Assembly: GCA_034189385.1 (NCBI GenBank)
Contig: JAXHVD010000002.1
Coordinates: 185,893-249,892 of the forward strand
Reading direction: 5' to 3'
Origin: Thermodesulfobacteriota bacterium
Lineage (GTDB): Bacteria; Desulfobacterota; Desulfobacteria; Desulfobacterales; C00003060
Length of the DNA: 64,000 bases
Of this stretch, positions 6,918-16,685 are shown piece by piece (position 1 is the stretch's first letter; each line of letters opens with the position of its first letter). The notes beneath the pieces were generated by a model. It had not been told where the DNA came from and did no database searches. It was given only the letters and a program-made list of their open reading frames with translations. The translations under genes and the position numbers were made by a program.

Positions 6918-9848
6918 ATGCCCATATCCAGCAACTGGAAGAAGCATCTTTCGGTTCTTTTGCTCACGTTGACCGTGTTCGTCTTTGTGGGTGGTCGTAC
7001 TCTCCTACTGGCCGACGAGAACGATGCCCCCCACCAGACCCATCTGACCCTTGCCAGGGGCCCTGGCCTTGGAACAATTTGTACGCCTTGCCACACTGCC
7101 TCTCCTGGCATCTATGAGAATATCCGTTCCCCTTTGGCAGCTGCTTGCGTCACCTGCCACAGCCCTGGCGGACCATTTGATGGAGTGAATGACAGCGCTG
7201 TGGGCGCAGTGAACAATTGGGACAACTTGGGCGATCCAGGCGATGCTGCCGATTCCCTGATCTATGCATCATTTTATCCAGTAGATGTCAAACTGAAATC
7301 AGGAAAAGAAAAATGGTGTGCCACCTGTCACGATCAATCGGCCATGGGGGCGAACGTGATGGAGGAGTTCGAGGGATACGCAGACGACGCCGGCCTCCAG
7401 AGTAAATGGAAAGGCAAACAAGCTGCTCGCCCCGTGCAGTTGTGGTCTTACGTGCCGGACGAGCTGGGTGATTATGAGCTCGGCATCAGCGGCCAGTTTA
7501 TGCGCGTAAAACTCAAGTGGGACGGATCGGCCACCTATGGCTTGGTGAAAAGAAACTTTGCCGGCTCGCCTGAGGACCCTTATTTAGATCTAGGCGGTAA
7601 GGACTACTTCGGGTTTTACATGAAGGTGGAGAACAAGGGCAAGATCAAGAAGCTTAAGGTGAAGCTGAAGCTGATGGGGCAACTTACCTGGTGTACGGCC
7701 AAGTTTAAGGTGGACGCGGCAAGCGGCTTTGTGAATGACGTGTGGCATCTGGTCTTACTGCCCAGGGCGAGTTTTGACAACGACGCCTGTTTTGATGGGC
7801 TGGTAGACAAGATGAAGCTCGTTATCCTGGAGGGAAACCCTGGTGCGCCACCTGCGGTCACCTCTGTGTACTTTGATGCCTTTGGCTGTGACTTCACCGG
7901 AGCAAACGTGATAGGCGATAATGAGACCTACGGTTACTACAAGACAGGACACAAAGTCAACTGCACCCGCTGTCACGATCCCAGCAGCAAGCATATCGAT
8001 GGCAACAGGCGCCATGTCTTTGGATATATCAAGAAGAACGCAAATCCCACCAACTTCAGGTTTTATCCTGATCCTGCCAAACAGATGCAGCTTCCTTATA
8101 CGGAATATATTCCAGGGGCAGAGGGCTCCTTTGCCCTGTGCTATGGGTGCCATTTTGAGGAAAAGCTCATGGCGAACGAACCGGCAGAAAACCTGGAGAC
8201 CAATTTTACGGATGTAGGTTTCATCGCCGACGGGGCCCCTGATAATTTGCACTTATACCATGTAGGAGGGGAGCGCTATCCTGAAATCTCTGACCTAGAG
8301 GCCATCGTGTATCACGGCACATGCGTCCTTTGCCATGACCCCCATGGGCTGTTGAACCCAGCCATGGCCCGCAGAGAGATGGGCAATTTCATCTATTTTG
8401 ACCAGAATGGATGCGAAGTTGCCAAAGAGGAGTGGCATAACCCTGATGTAAATATGGGCGGTGCCCAGACAGAGGGATACGCCACCTATGAGCCTTTATG
8501 CTCTGAAGTTTGCCATATCAACGGGGTGCCACCGAATCCCGACTGCCAAGGGACCCATCCCTATATCAACTCTATGGGGATGGATGGGTGGTATACGCGG
8601 GGGTATGAAAGAGTCCCTCACAAACCAGGAACGGAGTTTGATCTTGACTGTTTTTTCTGCCACACGGCTGGACCTTCCCATGCTACCCACATCCAGACCA
8701 ATCCAAAGGGGCCAGCGCCCCTGGCCTGTGAAGACTGCCACCTTATAAACGAAGAAACCGTTTTTCAGATGGACAGGATGGTCCAACTGGATGTCTGCAA
8801 CCCCTGCCATAGCCCTGATGGTGCCTTTGATGGGCTAGATGACACGGAGTTTGGAGCAATAAACAACTGGGATAACGGCGTCTACGACTACGAGTCCGGC
8901 GGGAACAGCTTCAGGCCTGGAAAAGAGCAGTGGTGTGTGAGCTGCCATGACGATGGCACCTCCCTTTGCGACGGTGTGAGCGCTCCTGATGTGGGCATCT
9001 TCTACACCGGTGGTCACGGGAGACCCGGTGCCAGCGTGGAATGTCTGAGCTGCCATGATGCGACACGCACCCACATCGATGGAGAGGCCAGGACATACGC
9101 CTTTGACTCCCCATCCTATGATCCCGGTCTATCTGGTGTCACATACGCCTCGGGCTATCGGCTGCTGTATGTGGGTGGGAACGTCCCGCTCATGATCCCG
9201 GCTGACGTGACGATTACTTTTGACTGCACGAGTCAAGCCATCAAAGATAACGCCTTTAAGCTGTGCTTCAACTGTCATGATTCGTACAAGTTGTTCGATA
9301 ACACCCCTGGAGACGGCCTGGATACCAACTTCAAGCCGAGTCTGCCCGATCCTCCAATGGGTTACTCCTATGCCTATGGCAGTGAGTGGGACAACAATCA
9401 CCGCGCCCACCTGTTGAGCTTTGCCGGGCCATACTGGGATTCAGATTGGGACACTGGCACCATTGGCGGAACGGGCGCTGACGGACGCGAGTCTATGATC
9501 ACGTGCTCCTCCTGTCACAATGTCCACGGCGCTGCTGCTGCCCAGGCAGGCTGGACCAATGAGGCCATGATCAGGGACGGAAGCCTCGCAGGAAGGACCG
9601 GATATGGCTTCAGCTACGTGGTTGAGGATGTGGCGAGCGGCGGCTACCCTATGGTGACCTCCACCGGTGCCACTCAGGCAAACAGCGTTGGTGCTGTGTT
9701 CAGAAACAATACGGACAACATGTGCGGAGGGTCCTATTGTCACGATAGTCCCACTTCACCGCCTGGCAGCAGTTATGATGCCACGGGCATTGGCTGGGGG
9801 ACCTATCTAGAATACTACCGGCCCTGGCAGGACTATTTGGGAAATTAA
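6918..9848 (+). CDS. Large secreted multiheme cytochrome c (13 CxxCH plus one CX3CH and one CX4CH) with an inserted heme-free beta domain
   Basis: Signal peptide. Motifs CTPCH, CVTCH, CATCH, CTRCH, CYGCH, CVLCH, CSEVCH, CFFCH, CEDCH, CNPCH, CVSCH, CLSCH, CFNCH, CSSCH, CGGSYCH. Confidence 0.92.
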   Translation: MPISSNWKKHLSVLLLTLTVFVFVGGRTLLLADENDAPHQTHLTLARGPGLGTICTPCHTASPGIYENIRSPLAAACVTCHSPGGPFDGVNDSAVGAVNNWDNLGDPGDAADSLIYASFYPVDVKLKSGKEKWCATCHDQSAMGANVMEEFEGYADDAGLQSKWKGKQAARPVQLWSYVPDELGDYELGISGQFMRVKLKWDGSATYGLVKRNFAGSPEDPYLDLGGKDYFGFYMKVENKGKIKKLKVKLKLMGQLTWCTAKFKVDAASGFVNDVWHLVLLPRASFDNDACFDGLVDKMKLVILEGNPGAPPAVTSVYFDAFGCDFTGANVIGDNETYGYYKTGHKVNCTRCHDPSSKHIDGNRRHVFGYIKKNANPTNFRFYPDPAKQMQLPYTEYIPGAEGSFALCYGCHFEEKLMANEPAENLETNFTDVGFIADGAPDNLHLYHVGGERYPEISDLEAIVYHGTCVLCHDPHGLLNPAMARREMGNFIYFDQNGCEVAKEEWHNPDVNMGGAQTEGYATYEPLCSEVCHINGVPPNPDCQGTHPYINSMGMDGWYTRGYERVPHKPGTEFDLDCFFCHTAGPSHATHIQTNPKGPAPLACEDCHLINEETVFQMDRMVQLDVCNPCHSPDGAFDGLDDTEFGAINNWDNGVYDYESGGNSFRPGKEQWCVSCHDDGTSLCDGVSAPDVGIFYTGGHGRPGASVECLSCHDATRTHIDGEARTYAFDSPSYDPGLSGVTYASGYRLLYVGGNVPLMIPADVTITFDCTSQAIKDNAFKLCFNCHDSYKLFDNTPGDGLDTNFKPSLPDPPMGYSYAYGSEWDNNHRAHLLSFAGPYWDSDWDTGTIGGTGADGRESMITCSSCHNVHGAAAAQAGWTNEAMIRDGSLAGRTGYGFSYVVEDVASGGYPMVTSTGATQANSVGAVFRNNTDNMCGGSYCHDSPTSPPGSSYDATGIGWGTYLEYYRPWQDYLGN

Positions 9849-9898
9849 CGCGACAAGGAGTATTTAGGCATAGTCGCTTAATGGCAGAGATACATAAT

Positions 9899-10042
9899 TC
9901 ACCGCAAAGGCGCAAAGAGCACAGAGTCTATTTTGCTTTATGTTTTCCGCTGAGACGGCGGAAAACATAAGAAGCCATCGCCTATGGCGAATGTCTTGGC
10001 GTTCTTTGCGTCTCAAGCGAGTGCATGCGAGCGGGCGGTGAG
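9899..10042. repeat. Dispersed palindromic intergenic element (second copy at ~32822-32927)
   Basis: TTTTCCGCTGAGACGGCGGAAAA hairpin (inverted in the second copy) plus a shared GCGTTCTTTGCGTCT..AGCGA...GAGCGGGCGGTG segment. Confidence 0.55.
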
Positions 10043-10064
10043 TCTATGTCTGAAAAGAGAGTTT

Positions 10065-12362
10065 ATGTCTAAAAAGAGAAGGGAAAAGCATACGATAACG
10101 CATAGAAAAATGTTGCTCTCGGCAGCAACGGTGCTTTTTGTCTTGGCCGCAGCAGGGGCCTTGTGGGCCTTGTGCCCCCATCCTTATAACCGGCCCACGC
10201 CGACGATGGACTACGTGTCCCAAGAGATCGGCATGTTTGATGGCATATACTCGGAGTACACGGAGCAGGACTGCAGGGGCTGCCACGAGGATAGTGAGGA
10301 TGCAGTGAAAAACCGGCACCACGAGACGCCCAGGGGGGACATTTGTGTGGACTGCCACGCCGAAGACCAGTCTGGCGATAAGATAATAATAAGCAACTGC
10401 CTGGGTGGCGAGTCCTGGCAATGCCACGCCACCTATGACAACGGCTGGCACCACGCCACGGATTGGGCATTTAACGAGAATTGTGTCAAATGCCACAACC
10501 CGAACCTGATTGATGAGATCACGGAATTTTATGACTTCGCAACCTTGCCGCCGTCGCTCGTGGCGCCCACGCCCTTTTCCTGCGAGAACTGCCACTGGGA
10601 GCAGGCCATCATGGATCAGCCCGGCGACGCCTGCAATCCAGGCCACCCTTCCACTTATGAGCATGTAGACAGTTTCGGGAACCTTGTGGGGTACCATGAA
10701 TATTCCCGGTCTATCTATGACAGCCGCCTGAACCACCACATGGGAGGGGAGGGCTTTGCCCTCGGTCAGTGCTACCAGTGCCACTCCCTAGAGCCGACTG
10801 ATCCAAGTTGGGACCCCTACAATCCAGAGCTTATCCGTTACTGCGAGAGGTGCCACTCCATAGAGAGGCTCCATGGGATAGAAGCCCACGTGTCAACACA
10901 GGCCGGTTGGGCACCCGTTGGGTTCCATTGGGACCCTGTAGGCAGCGTGCCGGACCCGGGTAACATTGATTGCACCGACCTTGCGCCCACGTATTACCGC
11001 ACGGGCGATGACGGTACTGGCAATGTGGAGCGACTGGACCCTTATGGTGATCCTTTTGATCCTTCCCGTTACTGGGGGCAAGTGCCTTGCAGCCCTCCCA
11101 GGACGGAGGGCTTCTACACGGCCGACGAGCACTGCCTGGCATGCCACGCAGCCGGGCTGCCGCCCTGGGTCCCGGACCCTCCTCCAGCCGTTCCATGGCT
11201 TGACACGGGCCTTGACGGCATCCATCCCAGCCACGGAAGCCCTGTGATGCTTGTCGCCCTAAGGGGAGGCAACTTTGGCGATGAGCACATCTTGGGAAGG
11301 GACGTGCAAGTGGGGATAGATCCGGGAACGGGCTGGGTCTGGATTGACGCACCCATTTATTCCTGGAGTGACACCCTGATTGAGTGGCGGCTGACTGCCG
11401 GTCTGCTGGATCCCGGAAACTACAAGGTGCGGGTGGTGACCGAGGTGGGCAAGAGCAATAGGCGCAATTTTGTAGTAAAAGATCACCCCAAGCTGCTGAG
11501 TGCCAATCCGCAAAATGGACCATGCGACACCTGGATCACCCTTTCCGGGGAATTCGGCAACCAGCAGCAGAAAATGTTTGCTGACGGCTATCACGGTGTC
11601 CATCACGTGGTGGAATTTGAGGGCCCGATTACGACCTATACGGCGCTCAGCTATGCGAACTGGAGCGATACCAGCATTGACGTGATGATTGGAAAGGGCT
11701 TCTTAGACGAAGTAGATACCTGTGGGGAGCCCGTGGACGGGCGCAATTTTGTCCGCGATGATGGCACGGCGGTTCCTTCCGGTTCCTGCACGGGCCATAT
11801 CTGTCCGGAAGAGCCCAAGGTCATAAGCTGCAACGGGATGGCCCTTGGCACCTATGAGATCTGTGTAAAGGCCATCTACTATGGAGATGACGATGGGAGC
11901 GGCACCTTGACTTGCGGCGATATCGTCTTTCACGTGGACAAGAGCGATCCTTTAGACTTTGAGCTCACCAACACCCCCTATATTAACAAGGTCAAGCCCA
12001 AGGAAAGCGAGCGGTGGTTTGAGGAGGATTGCACTTCGGCGTATCCAGGATGCTACGTCATGCACAAGAACAAGATCAAGATCATCGGTGGAAACTTTGG
12101 TCCAACGCAAGGACCTGGTGATGAGGTGCGCTTTGGAAGCCTGGTACACTACACGAAGTACTGCGGCGGCAACACGGAGAAAGGAGAGCTCCTGCCAGTC
12201 TCTTTGTGGAGCAACACCAAAATCAAGGTCAAGTTGAAGGTTGCGGCCGAGTGGGAAGGCAAGAGCAAGTATATCTGGGTCTCTAAAGGCGGTCAGTGCA
12301 GCAATCCAGTGCCGATGGGGATCTTAGAGCCCACCAGCCTGTGCGATCAGTCGTGTCCCTAA
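10065..12362 (+). CDS. omcZ: OmcZ-like octaheme cytochrome c precursor with C-terminal IPT/TIG-like domains (paralog 1)
   Basis: 7 CxxCH plus CLGGESWQCH. Motif order matches G. sulfurreducens OmcZ as I recall it (QxxGxxD..CxxCH..RHH; HHxT..CxxCH; PxP..CExCH; HH; IRxCExCH..LH). C-terminal GGNFG...WS(D/N)T beta-sandwich repeats. Start chosen at ATG 10065. Confidence 0.8.
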   Translation: MSKKRREKHTITHRKMLLSAATVLFVLAAAGALWALCPHPYNRPTPTMDYVSQEIGMFDGIYSEYTEQDCRGCHEDSEDAVKNRHHETPRGDICVDCHAEDQSGDKIIISNCLGGESWQCHATYDNGWHHATDWAFNENCVKCHNPNLIDEITEFYDFATLPPSLVAPTPFSCENCHWEQAIMDQPGDACNPGHPSTYEHVDSFGNLVGYHEYSRSIYDSRLNHHMGGEGFALGQCYQCHSLEPTDPSWDPYNPELIRYCERCHSIERLHGIEAHVSTQAGWAPVGFHWDPVGSVPDPGNIDCTDLAPTYYRTGDDGTGNVERLDPYGDPFDPSRYWGQVPCSPPRTEGFYTADEHCLACHAAGLPPWVPDPPPAVPWLDTGLDGIHPSHGSPVMLVALRGGNFGDEHILGRDVQVGIDPGTGWVWIDAPIYSWSDTLIEWRLTAGLLDPGNYKVRVVTEVGKSNRRNFVVKDHPKLLSANPQNGPCDTWITLSGEFGNQQQKMFADGYHGVHHVVEFEGPITTYTALSYANWSDTSIDVMIGKGFLDEVDTCGEPVDGRNFVRDDGTAVPSGSCTGHICPEEPKVISCNGMALGTYEICVKAIYYGDDDGSGTLTCGDIVFHVDKSDPLDFELTNTPYINKVKPKESERWFEEDCTSAYPGCYVMHKNKIKIIGGNFGPTQGPGDEVRFGSLVHYTKYCGGNTEKGELLPVSLWSNTKIKVKLKVAAEWEGKSKYIWVSKGGQCSNPVPMGILEPTSLCDQSCP

Positions 12363-12463
12363 TAGCCTTTCCTTTTCCCTCACTATTACAACGGTTCAGT
12401 GGCTGCCGTGAAATGATGAAGTGATGGAATGGCGGAATGATGGGTTCAGAGGAAGAAAAAGAA

Positions 12464-14095
12464 ATGATGTGCAATGGTCTCTCCCGCTTTTACCCCATTA
12501 TTCCATTATTCCATTATTCCACCACCCCAACGATTCCCACTAAAGCAAAGCCTCCAATCTCATTTTACCTTGTTTGGCTCCTTGCGTTCATGCTGTCTCT
12601 TACGGGCTGCCGTCACCAATCCGGGGGGACGAAGGAGGCTGTTGCGCAGACAGATCCAAAGGTCGTGGCCATGATCGGAGATGAGGCAATCATGAGGCAG
12701 GACCTTGAGAACGCCATGAAGCGGTTACCGCCGCGCAGAGGGGAAGGATATCGTGGCAGGGTCCTTGATCGTTTAATAAGAGTAAGGGTTTTTTCTGAGG
12801 CAGCAAAAAGGGCGGGACTGGACAAGGATCCAGAGACCCAGGGGGATCTGGAGCGGGCTCAACATGAGATCTTAGCCCGATCTTTTATTGCCAGGCATGT
12901 GGACCAGCAGGCAGTGCCGTCAGAAAAAGAGTTGAACCAGTTCTACCTGGCACAGAAGAAGCAGTTCATGATCCCCGAAGGGGTATTGATGCAGCATATC
13001 GTCGTCAAGAAAAAAGAAGAGGCCGAAGCCATATTGGGGAAGTTGAAGGAGGGGGCCTCTTTTGAGGAGCTGGCTAGGAAAAGATCGATTGCCCCTTCAT
13101 GGAAAAGTGGAGGGCTCTGTGGGTGGCTCTTTAAGGGGAGGATGGAGCCGGAACTGGAGAAGGTGGCCTTTGAACTGGACAAAGCGGCACTGAGTGACGT
13201 CATAGAGACGAACAAGGGTTTCCAGATTATCAAGGTGTTAGAGAGACGGGACAAGAGAGAGCTGGGTTTTGAAGAGGCAAAGGCAAAGATATCCCATACA
13301 TTATTGGCGAAAAAGAAGAGGCAGCTTATTCATCAGTACTACAAAGAGGCAAAGGTAAAGAGAAATCCTACTGAGGCGGGCGTGCTGGCCAAAGTGGGAG
13401 ACGATGCCTTGACGGGAGAGAGCCTTGCGCCCATTTTGGCCAAGGTGTCGGAAAAGGAGAGAGGAGCGATCCGGCGCCGATGGATCGACTACTTCATAGA
13501 AAAAGAGGTCTTCTCAAAGGAAGCGAGAAAGGTGGGGCTCGAAAACGATCCAGAGGTGGCCTATGAACTTGAGAGAAGAAGGGAAGAGGTCCTGGCCGAT
13601 GCCTTTGCTAAACAGTTTATCACTCAGAAATACCCAATCAGTGATAGGGACATAGCGGGGTATTATCAAGCCCACCTGGAAGAGTTCCAGAGACCGTTGA
13701 GGATGAGGGTGAGATCCATACGGGTGGAGACGAGAAAAGAGGCAGAAGAGATCTTAGAAGCGCTACATGAGGGGGCTTCCTTTGAACGTCTGGCCATGAA
13801 AGAGTCCATTCACCCTGCAGCCCCCCTGGCGGGAAATATTGGCTGGTTCGGTAAAGGAGAAAAGGACGCTGCACTGGAAAGGGCCGCCTCTTCACTGGAA
13901 AAGGGGCAGATCAGCGACATCGTAAAGACAGGGGCTGGCTACGAGATACTAAAACTGACGAACAAAAAGGGCGGTGAGGTCAGGCCCCTTGAAGAGGTGG
14001 AGAAAGGGATAAGGATAAAATTGACGCAGCAAAGATTCGAGCGGGAAAGGCAGCATTATTATCAGGAGGCAAGGGTGAGAATCTTGGACTCATAG
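12464..14095 (+). CDS. PpiC/parvulin-type peptidyl-prolyl isomerase with two PPIase domains, probable lipoprotein
   Basis: HIVVK..EAEAIL..GASFEELARKRS...GG..GW, repeated. Lipobox-like LSLTGC. Start codon uncertain (12437 or 12464). Confidence 0.88.
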   Translation: MMCNGLSRFYPIIPLFHYSTTPTIPTKAKPPISFYLVWLLAFMLSLTGCRHQSGGTKEAVAQTDPKVVAMIGDEAIMRQDLENAMKRLPPRRGEGYRGRVLDRLIRVRVFSEAAKRAGLDKDPETQGDLERAQHEILARSFIARHVDQQAVPSEKELNQFYLAQKKQFMIPEGVLMQHIVVKKKEEAEAILGKLKEGASFEELARKRSIAPSWKSGGLCGWLFKGRMEPELEKVAFELDKAALSDVIETNKGFQIIKVLERRDKRELGFEEAKAKISHTLLAKKKRQLIHQYYKEAKVKRNPTEAGVLAKVGDDALTGESLAPILAKVSEKERGAIRRRWIDYFIEKEVFSKEARKVGLENDPEVAYELERRREEVLADAFAKQFITQKYPISDRDIAGYYQAHLEEFQRPLRMRVRSIRVETRKEAEEILEALHEGASFERLAMKESIHPAAPLAGNIGWFGKGEKDAALERAASSLEKGQISDIVKTGAGYEILKLTNKKGGEVRPLEEVEKGIRIKLTQQRFERERQHYYQEARVRILDS

Positions 14096-14627
14096 GCAGC
14101 CTGTTTTCTCTTCGCCGTTTCTTTTATAAAGAGCTGGCTTAAAACTATGGGGGTATGAACCGAACAAGCGAGCGCATTGTCCACAGGAGAGCTACCGCAG
14201 CCCTCGTAGGTTCAATATCCTCGGCTGCGGGACAATGGGTTGTCAGGTCACTTAAACTAGAACCCTAATGCAACCAAAATGCGTGCCCTATCATTTGTAA
14301 GCTGGCGATCAGCACGGCTTTTCAAGTGACACATGGAATTGTGACAGTTCTACAATGATAGAGATATAAATAGGTTTGCCGAAGTGCTTCAAAAACATTT
14401 TTCTTCGCTTGGTTTGCCACTTTTTACAGGCTCTAAGTTCGCTCCGCTAGCACTGCAAAACTCACCGCCTTCGGCGGTTCAAACAGTTCCAGTGCTAACG
14501 CTCCACTTCACTAAGAGCCTCTACAAAAGGTGTCAAAAATCGCTCAGAAAAAGTTCTGAAGCTTTTCCGGCGATGGTTATGGCTCAATTGGGGTAGAAAA
14601 ACCACCATTTCATACAGGAGGTTGCCC

Positions 14628-14963
14628 ATGTTTGGACTGGGTGTGCCGGAACTTATCATTATTGCCCTGATCATCCTGATTCTCTTCGGGGCTAAGCGTC
14701 TTCCGGGCATTGGAACGGGACTTGGCAAGACGGTAAAAGAGGTGCGTCACATCCAGGAGGAATTGGGGGAGGACAAGGGGAAGGGAAAAAAGGCTGGGGA
14801 AAGTGACGACCCCCCGTCAGAGGAGAGCAAGGGTCTTGAGGGCAGGCTGGCCCACTCTCTTCAACAGAAGCTCACTGGTAAGGTGATTGAACGGGTCCCT
14901 GGCATAAGGCAGGCCAAGCAACTAAAAGACAAGGCTGATAAGATCAAGAGGATTGTCAGTTGA
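14628..14963 (+). CDS. tatA: Twin-arginine translocase subunit TatA (with C-terminal extension)
   Basis: MFGLGVPELIIIALIILILFGAKRLPGIGTGLGK; AGGAGG RBS. Confidence 0.9.
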   Translation: MFGLGVPELIIIALIILILFGAKRLPGIGTGLGKTVKEVRHIQEELGEDKGKGKKAGESDDPPSEESKGLEGRLAHSLQQKLTGKVIERVPGIRQAKQLKDKADKIKRIVS

Positions 14964-14995
14964 GGTGTTGCAGTGAGCCCCTCCGCCCTTACGTT

Positions 14996-15058
14996 CGGTG
15001 ATTGCCCTGTGTAAAAATCAGGTCTTTTCACACGGAAAATGAGTGGTTCTCCCAATTG
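14996..15058 (+). promoter_or_regulatory. Conserved tripartite upstream motif, copy C (upstream of the two-component system)
   Basis: GGTGATTGCCC..GTAAAAATCAGGTCTTTTC..AAATGAGTGGTTCTCCCAATTG; cores at 14998, 15022 and 15043, AATTG at 15054. Confidence 0.65.
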
Positions 15059-15195
15059 TATTCTTAGTGACGTCGGTGTAATTCCTACATAATGGCCAAA
15101 GTAGCAGGATGCTGGTGATTTCATGTCAAAAAAGAGGGTCTGATTCCAGGTATTCGGGGTGCATGCAGTTTTGAGGAAGACGCGGAATGTGAGGC

Positions 15196-16029
15196 ATGAC
15201 ACCCCCTGGAAAGGATGCATGTAGGATGGCCCAGGTTATGGACAGCAAATCGAATCTGTTTCGTCATGAGCTTTCCTGGAATCCCATGGAGGAGGCTCGC
15301 CATGATCTTAGGTATCACCTTAAGATCATAAGCGATGTGACGGAAGCCAGAATGCTACGGAGGAGAATAAGAGCCTCTGAAGAAGCCTATAGAAAACAAA
15401 TTTCTCGGGAGCTCCATGATGGGATCGGTCAGGCGCTCAACACCATGGGCTTGTATGTTTCGTTAGCCAAAGAGACGTTGGGACAAAACCAGCAGGCCGT
15501 CATGGAGCACTTGTCCAAGCTGGAATCGCTCTTGGAGCGAACGGTAGACGAAGCCCATAGGCTGGCCATGAACATGCGGCCTTCTGTGCTGGATGACATG
15601 GGCCTCGTTCCGGCCCTGCGCTTTCTCTGCAAAGATGTTGGAACCAGGACCGGTATGGACATTCATATGAGAGCAAACCTGGCGCAAAGGCTTCGTGACA
15701 GAGAGGTAGAAACAGCCCTTTATCGAATGACTCAGGAAGGCCTGTGTAATATCGAAAAACACGCAAGTGCGACCCGGAGCGTCATCAAACTGGATCAAAG
15801 GGACTCGAGGTTGATTTTACGCATTCAAGACAATGGGTCAGGTTTTGATGTGCAAGAAGCCTGGAACCGAGGCATGGGCTTGATGGGCATGCAAGAGAGG
15901 GCTTCTCTGCTGGGAGGTCAGGTGACCATCAAGTCCCAAAGAGGTCAAGGTACCGAGATAAGAATCGAAGTCTTCCATAGAAATGTGAATGGAACAGAGG
16001 TGGGGCCGTGTCCGCGCTTACTATTCTGA
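15196..16029 (+). CDS. Soluble HisKA_3 (NarX/DegS-type) histidine kinase with a minimal N-terminal region
   Basis: H-box RELHDGIGQAL, LRP-like MRPSVLDDMGL, N-box QEGLCNIEKHA, DNGSGF, GMGLMGMQERA. Confidence 0.88.
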   Translation: MTPPGKDACRMAQVMDSKSNLFRHELSWNPMEEARHDLRYHLKIISDVTEARMLRRRIRASEEAYRKQISRELHDGIGQALNTMGLYVSLAKETLGQNQQAVMEHLSKLESLLERTVDEAHRLAMNMRPSVLDDMGLVPALRFLCKDVGTRTGMDIHMRANLAQRLRDREVETALYRMTQEGLCNIEKHASATRSVIKLDQRDSRLILRIQDNGSGFDVQEAWNRGMGLMGMQERASLLGGQVTIKSQRGQGTEIRIEVFHRNVNGTEVGPCPRLLF

Positions 16030-16685
16030 TCGCTGATGACCACACGCTCTTTCGCCAAGGGGTGATGAGTCTTTTGGAAAAACACGCCCATATCAAGGTC
16101 ATCGGCGAAGCGGCTACTGGTCAGCATGCCTTGGAGCAGATGAGGAAACTAAAGCCGGACCTGGTTATTCTGGATATTTCCATGCCCGGCCTGTCAGGTC
16201 TGGACATTATTGCCCGTATTAGAAAGATCAACCCCCGCACAAAGGTCTTGATTCTATCCATGTATGAGAACGAGGAATACCTTTATCGGGCGTTGAAGGC
16301 AGGTGCTTGTGGTTATGTCCTGAAAAAAATGGCAGCCAGGGATCTGCTTTCGTCCATTGCAGCTGCTCAAGCTGGCGAGGTGTACCTGAGCCCCTCCATG
16401 TCAACCCACGTGGTCAAGAGGTATCTCCTGCATGACAGCCCGGAGGGAAAGGATCTGACAGACCATTTGTTGACGGCTCGAGAACGTGAAATTTTAAGAC
16501 TGCTCTGCCTGGGCAAGGATAACAAACAGATCGCGGGGCTCCTTGATATCAGCTACCGCACGGCACAAACGCATCGGGCGAAGATTATGAAAAAGCTGAA
16601 TGTACGCACCTTGCCCCACCTTATCGGCTTTGCCATTCGCTCAGGGATCACGACGACGGAGGAGCTGATGTGCTGTCCGGAATGA
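16008..16685 (+). CDS. NarL/FixJ-family response regulator (REC + LuxR HTH)
   Basis: ILIADDH, ILDISMP, GYVLK, LTAREREIL...THRAKIMKKL. Confidence 0.95.
   Translation: MSALTILIADDHTLFRQGVMSLLEKHAHIKVIGEAATGQHALEQMRKLKPDLVILDISMPGLSGLDIIARIRKINPRTKVLILSMYENEEYLYRALKAGACGYVLKKMAARDLLSSIAAAQAGEVYLSPSMSTHVVKRYLLHDSPEGKDLTDHLLTAREREILRLLCLGKDNKQIAGLLDISYRTAQTHRAKIMKKLNVRTLPHLIGFAIRSGITTTEELMCCPE

Noticed and set aside
15121..15195. In-frame TGAs (15172, 15190) upstream of the histidine kinase as further Sec codons
   Set aside because: The extended translation resembles no domain I recognise, there is no Cys-motif context, and I see no convincing SECIS hairpin.
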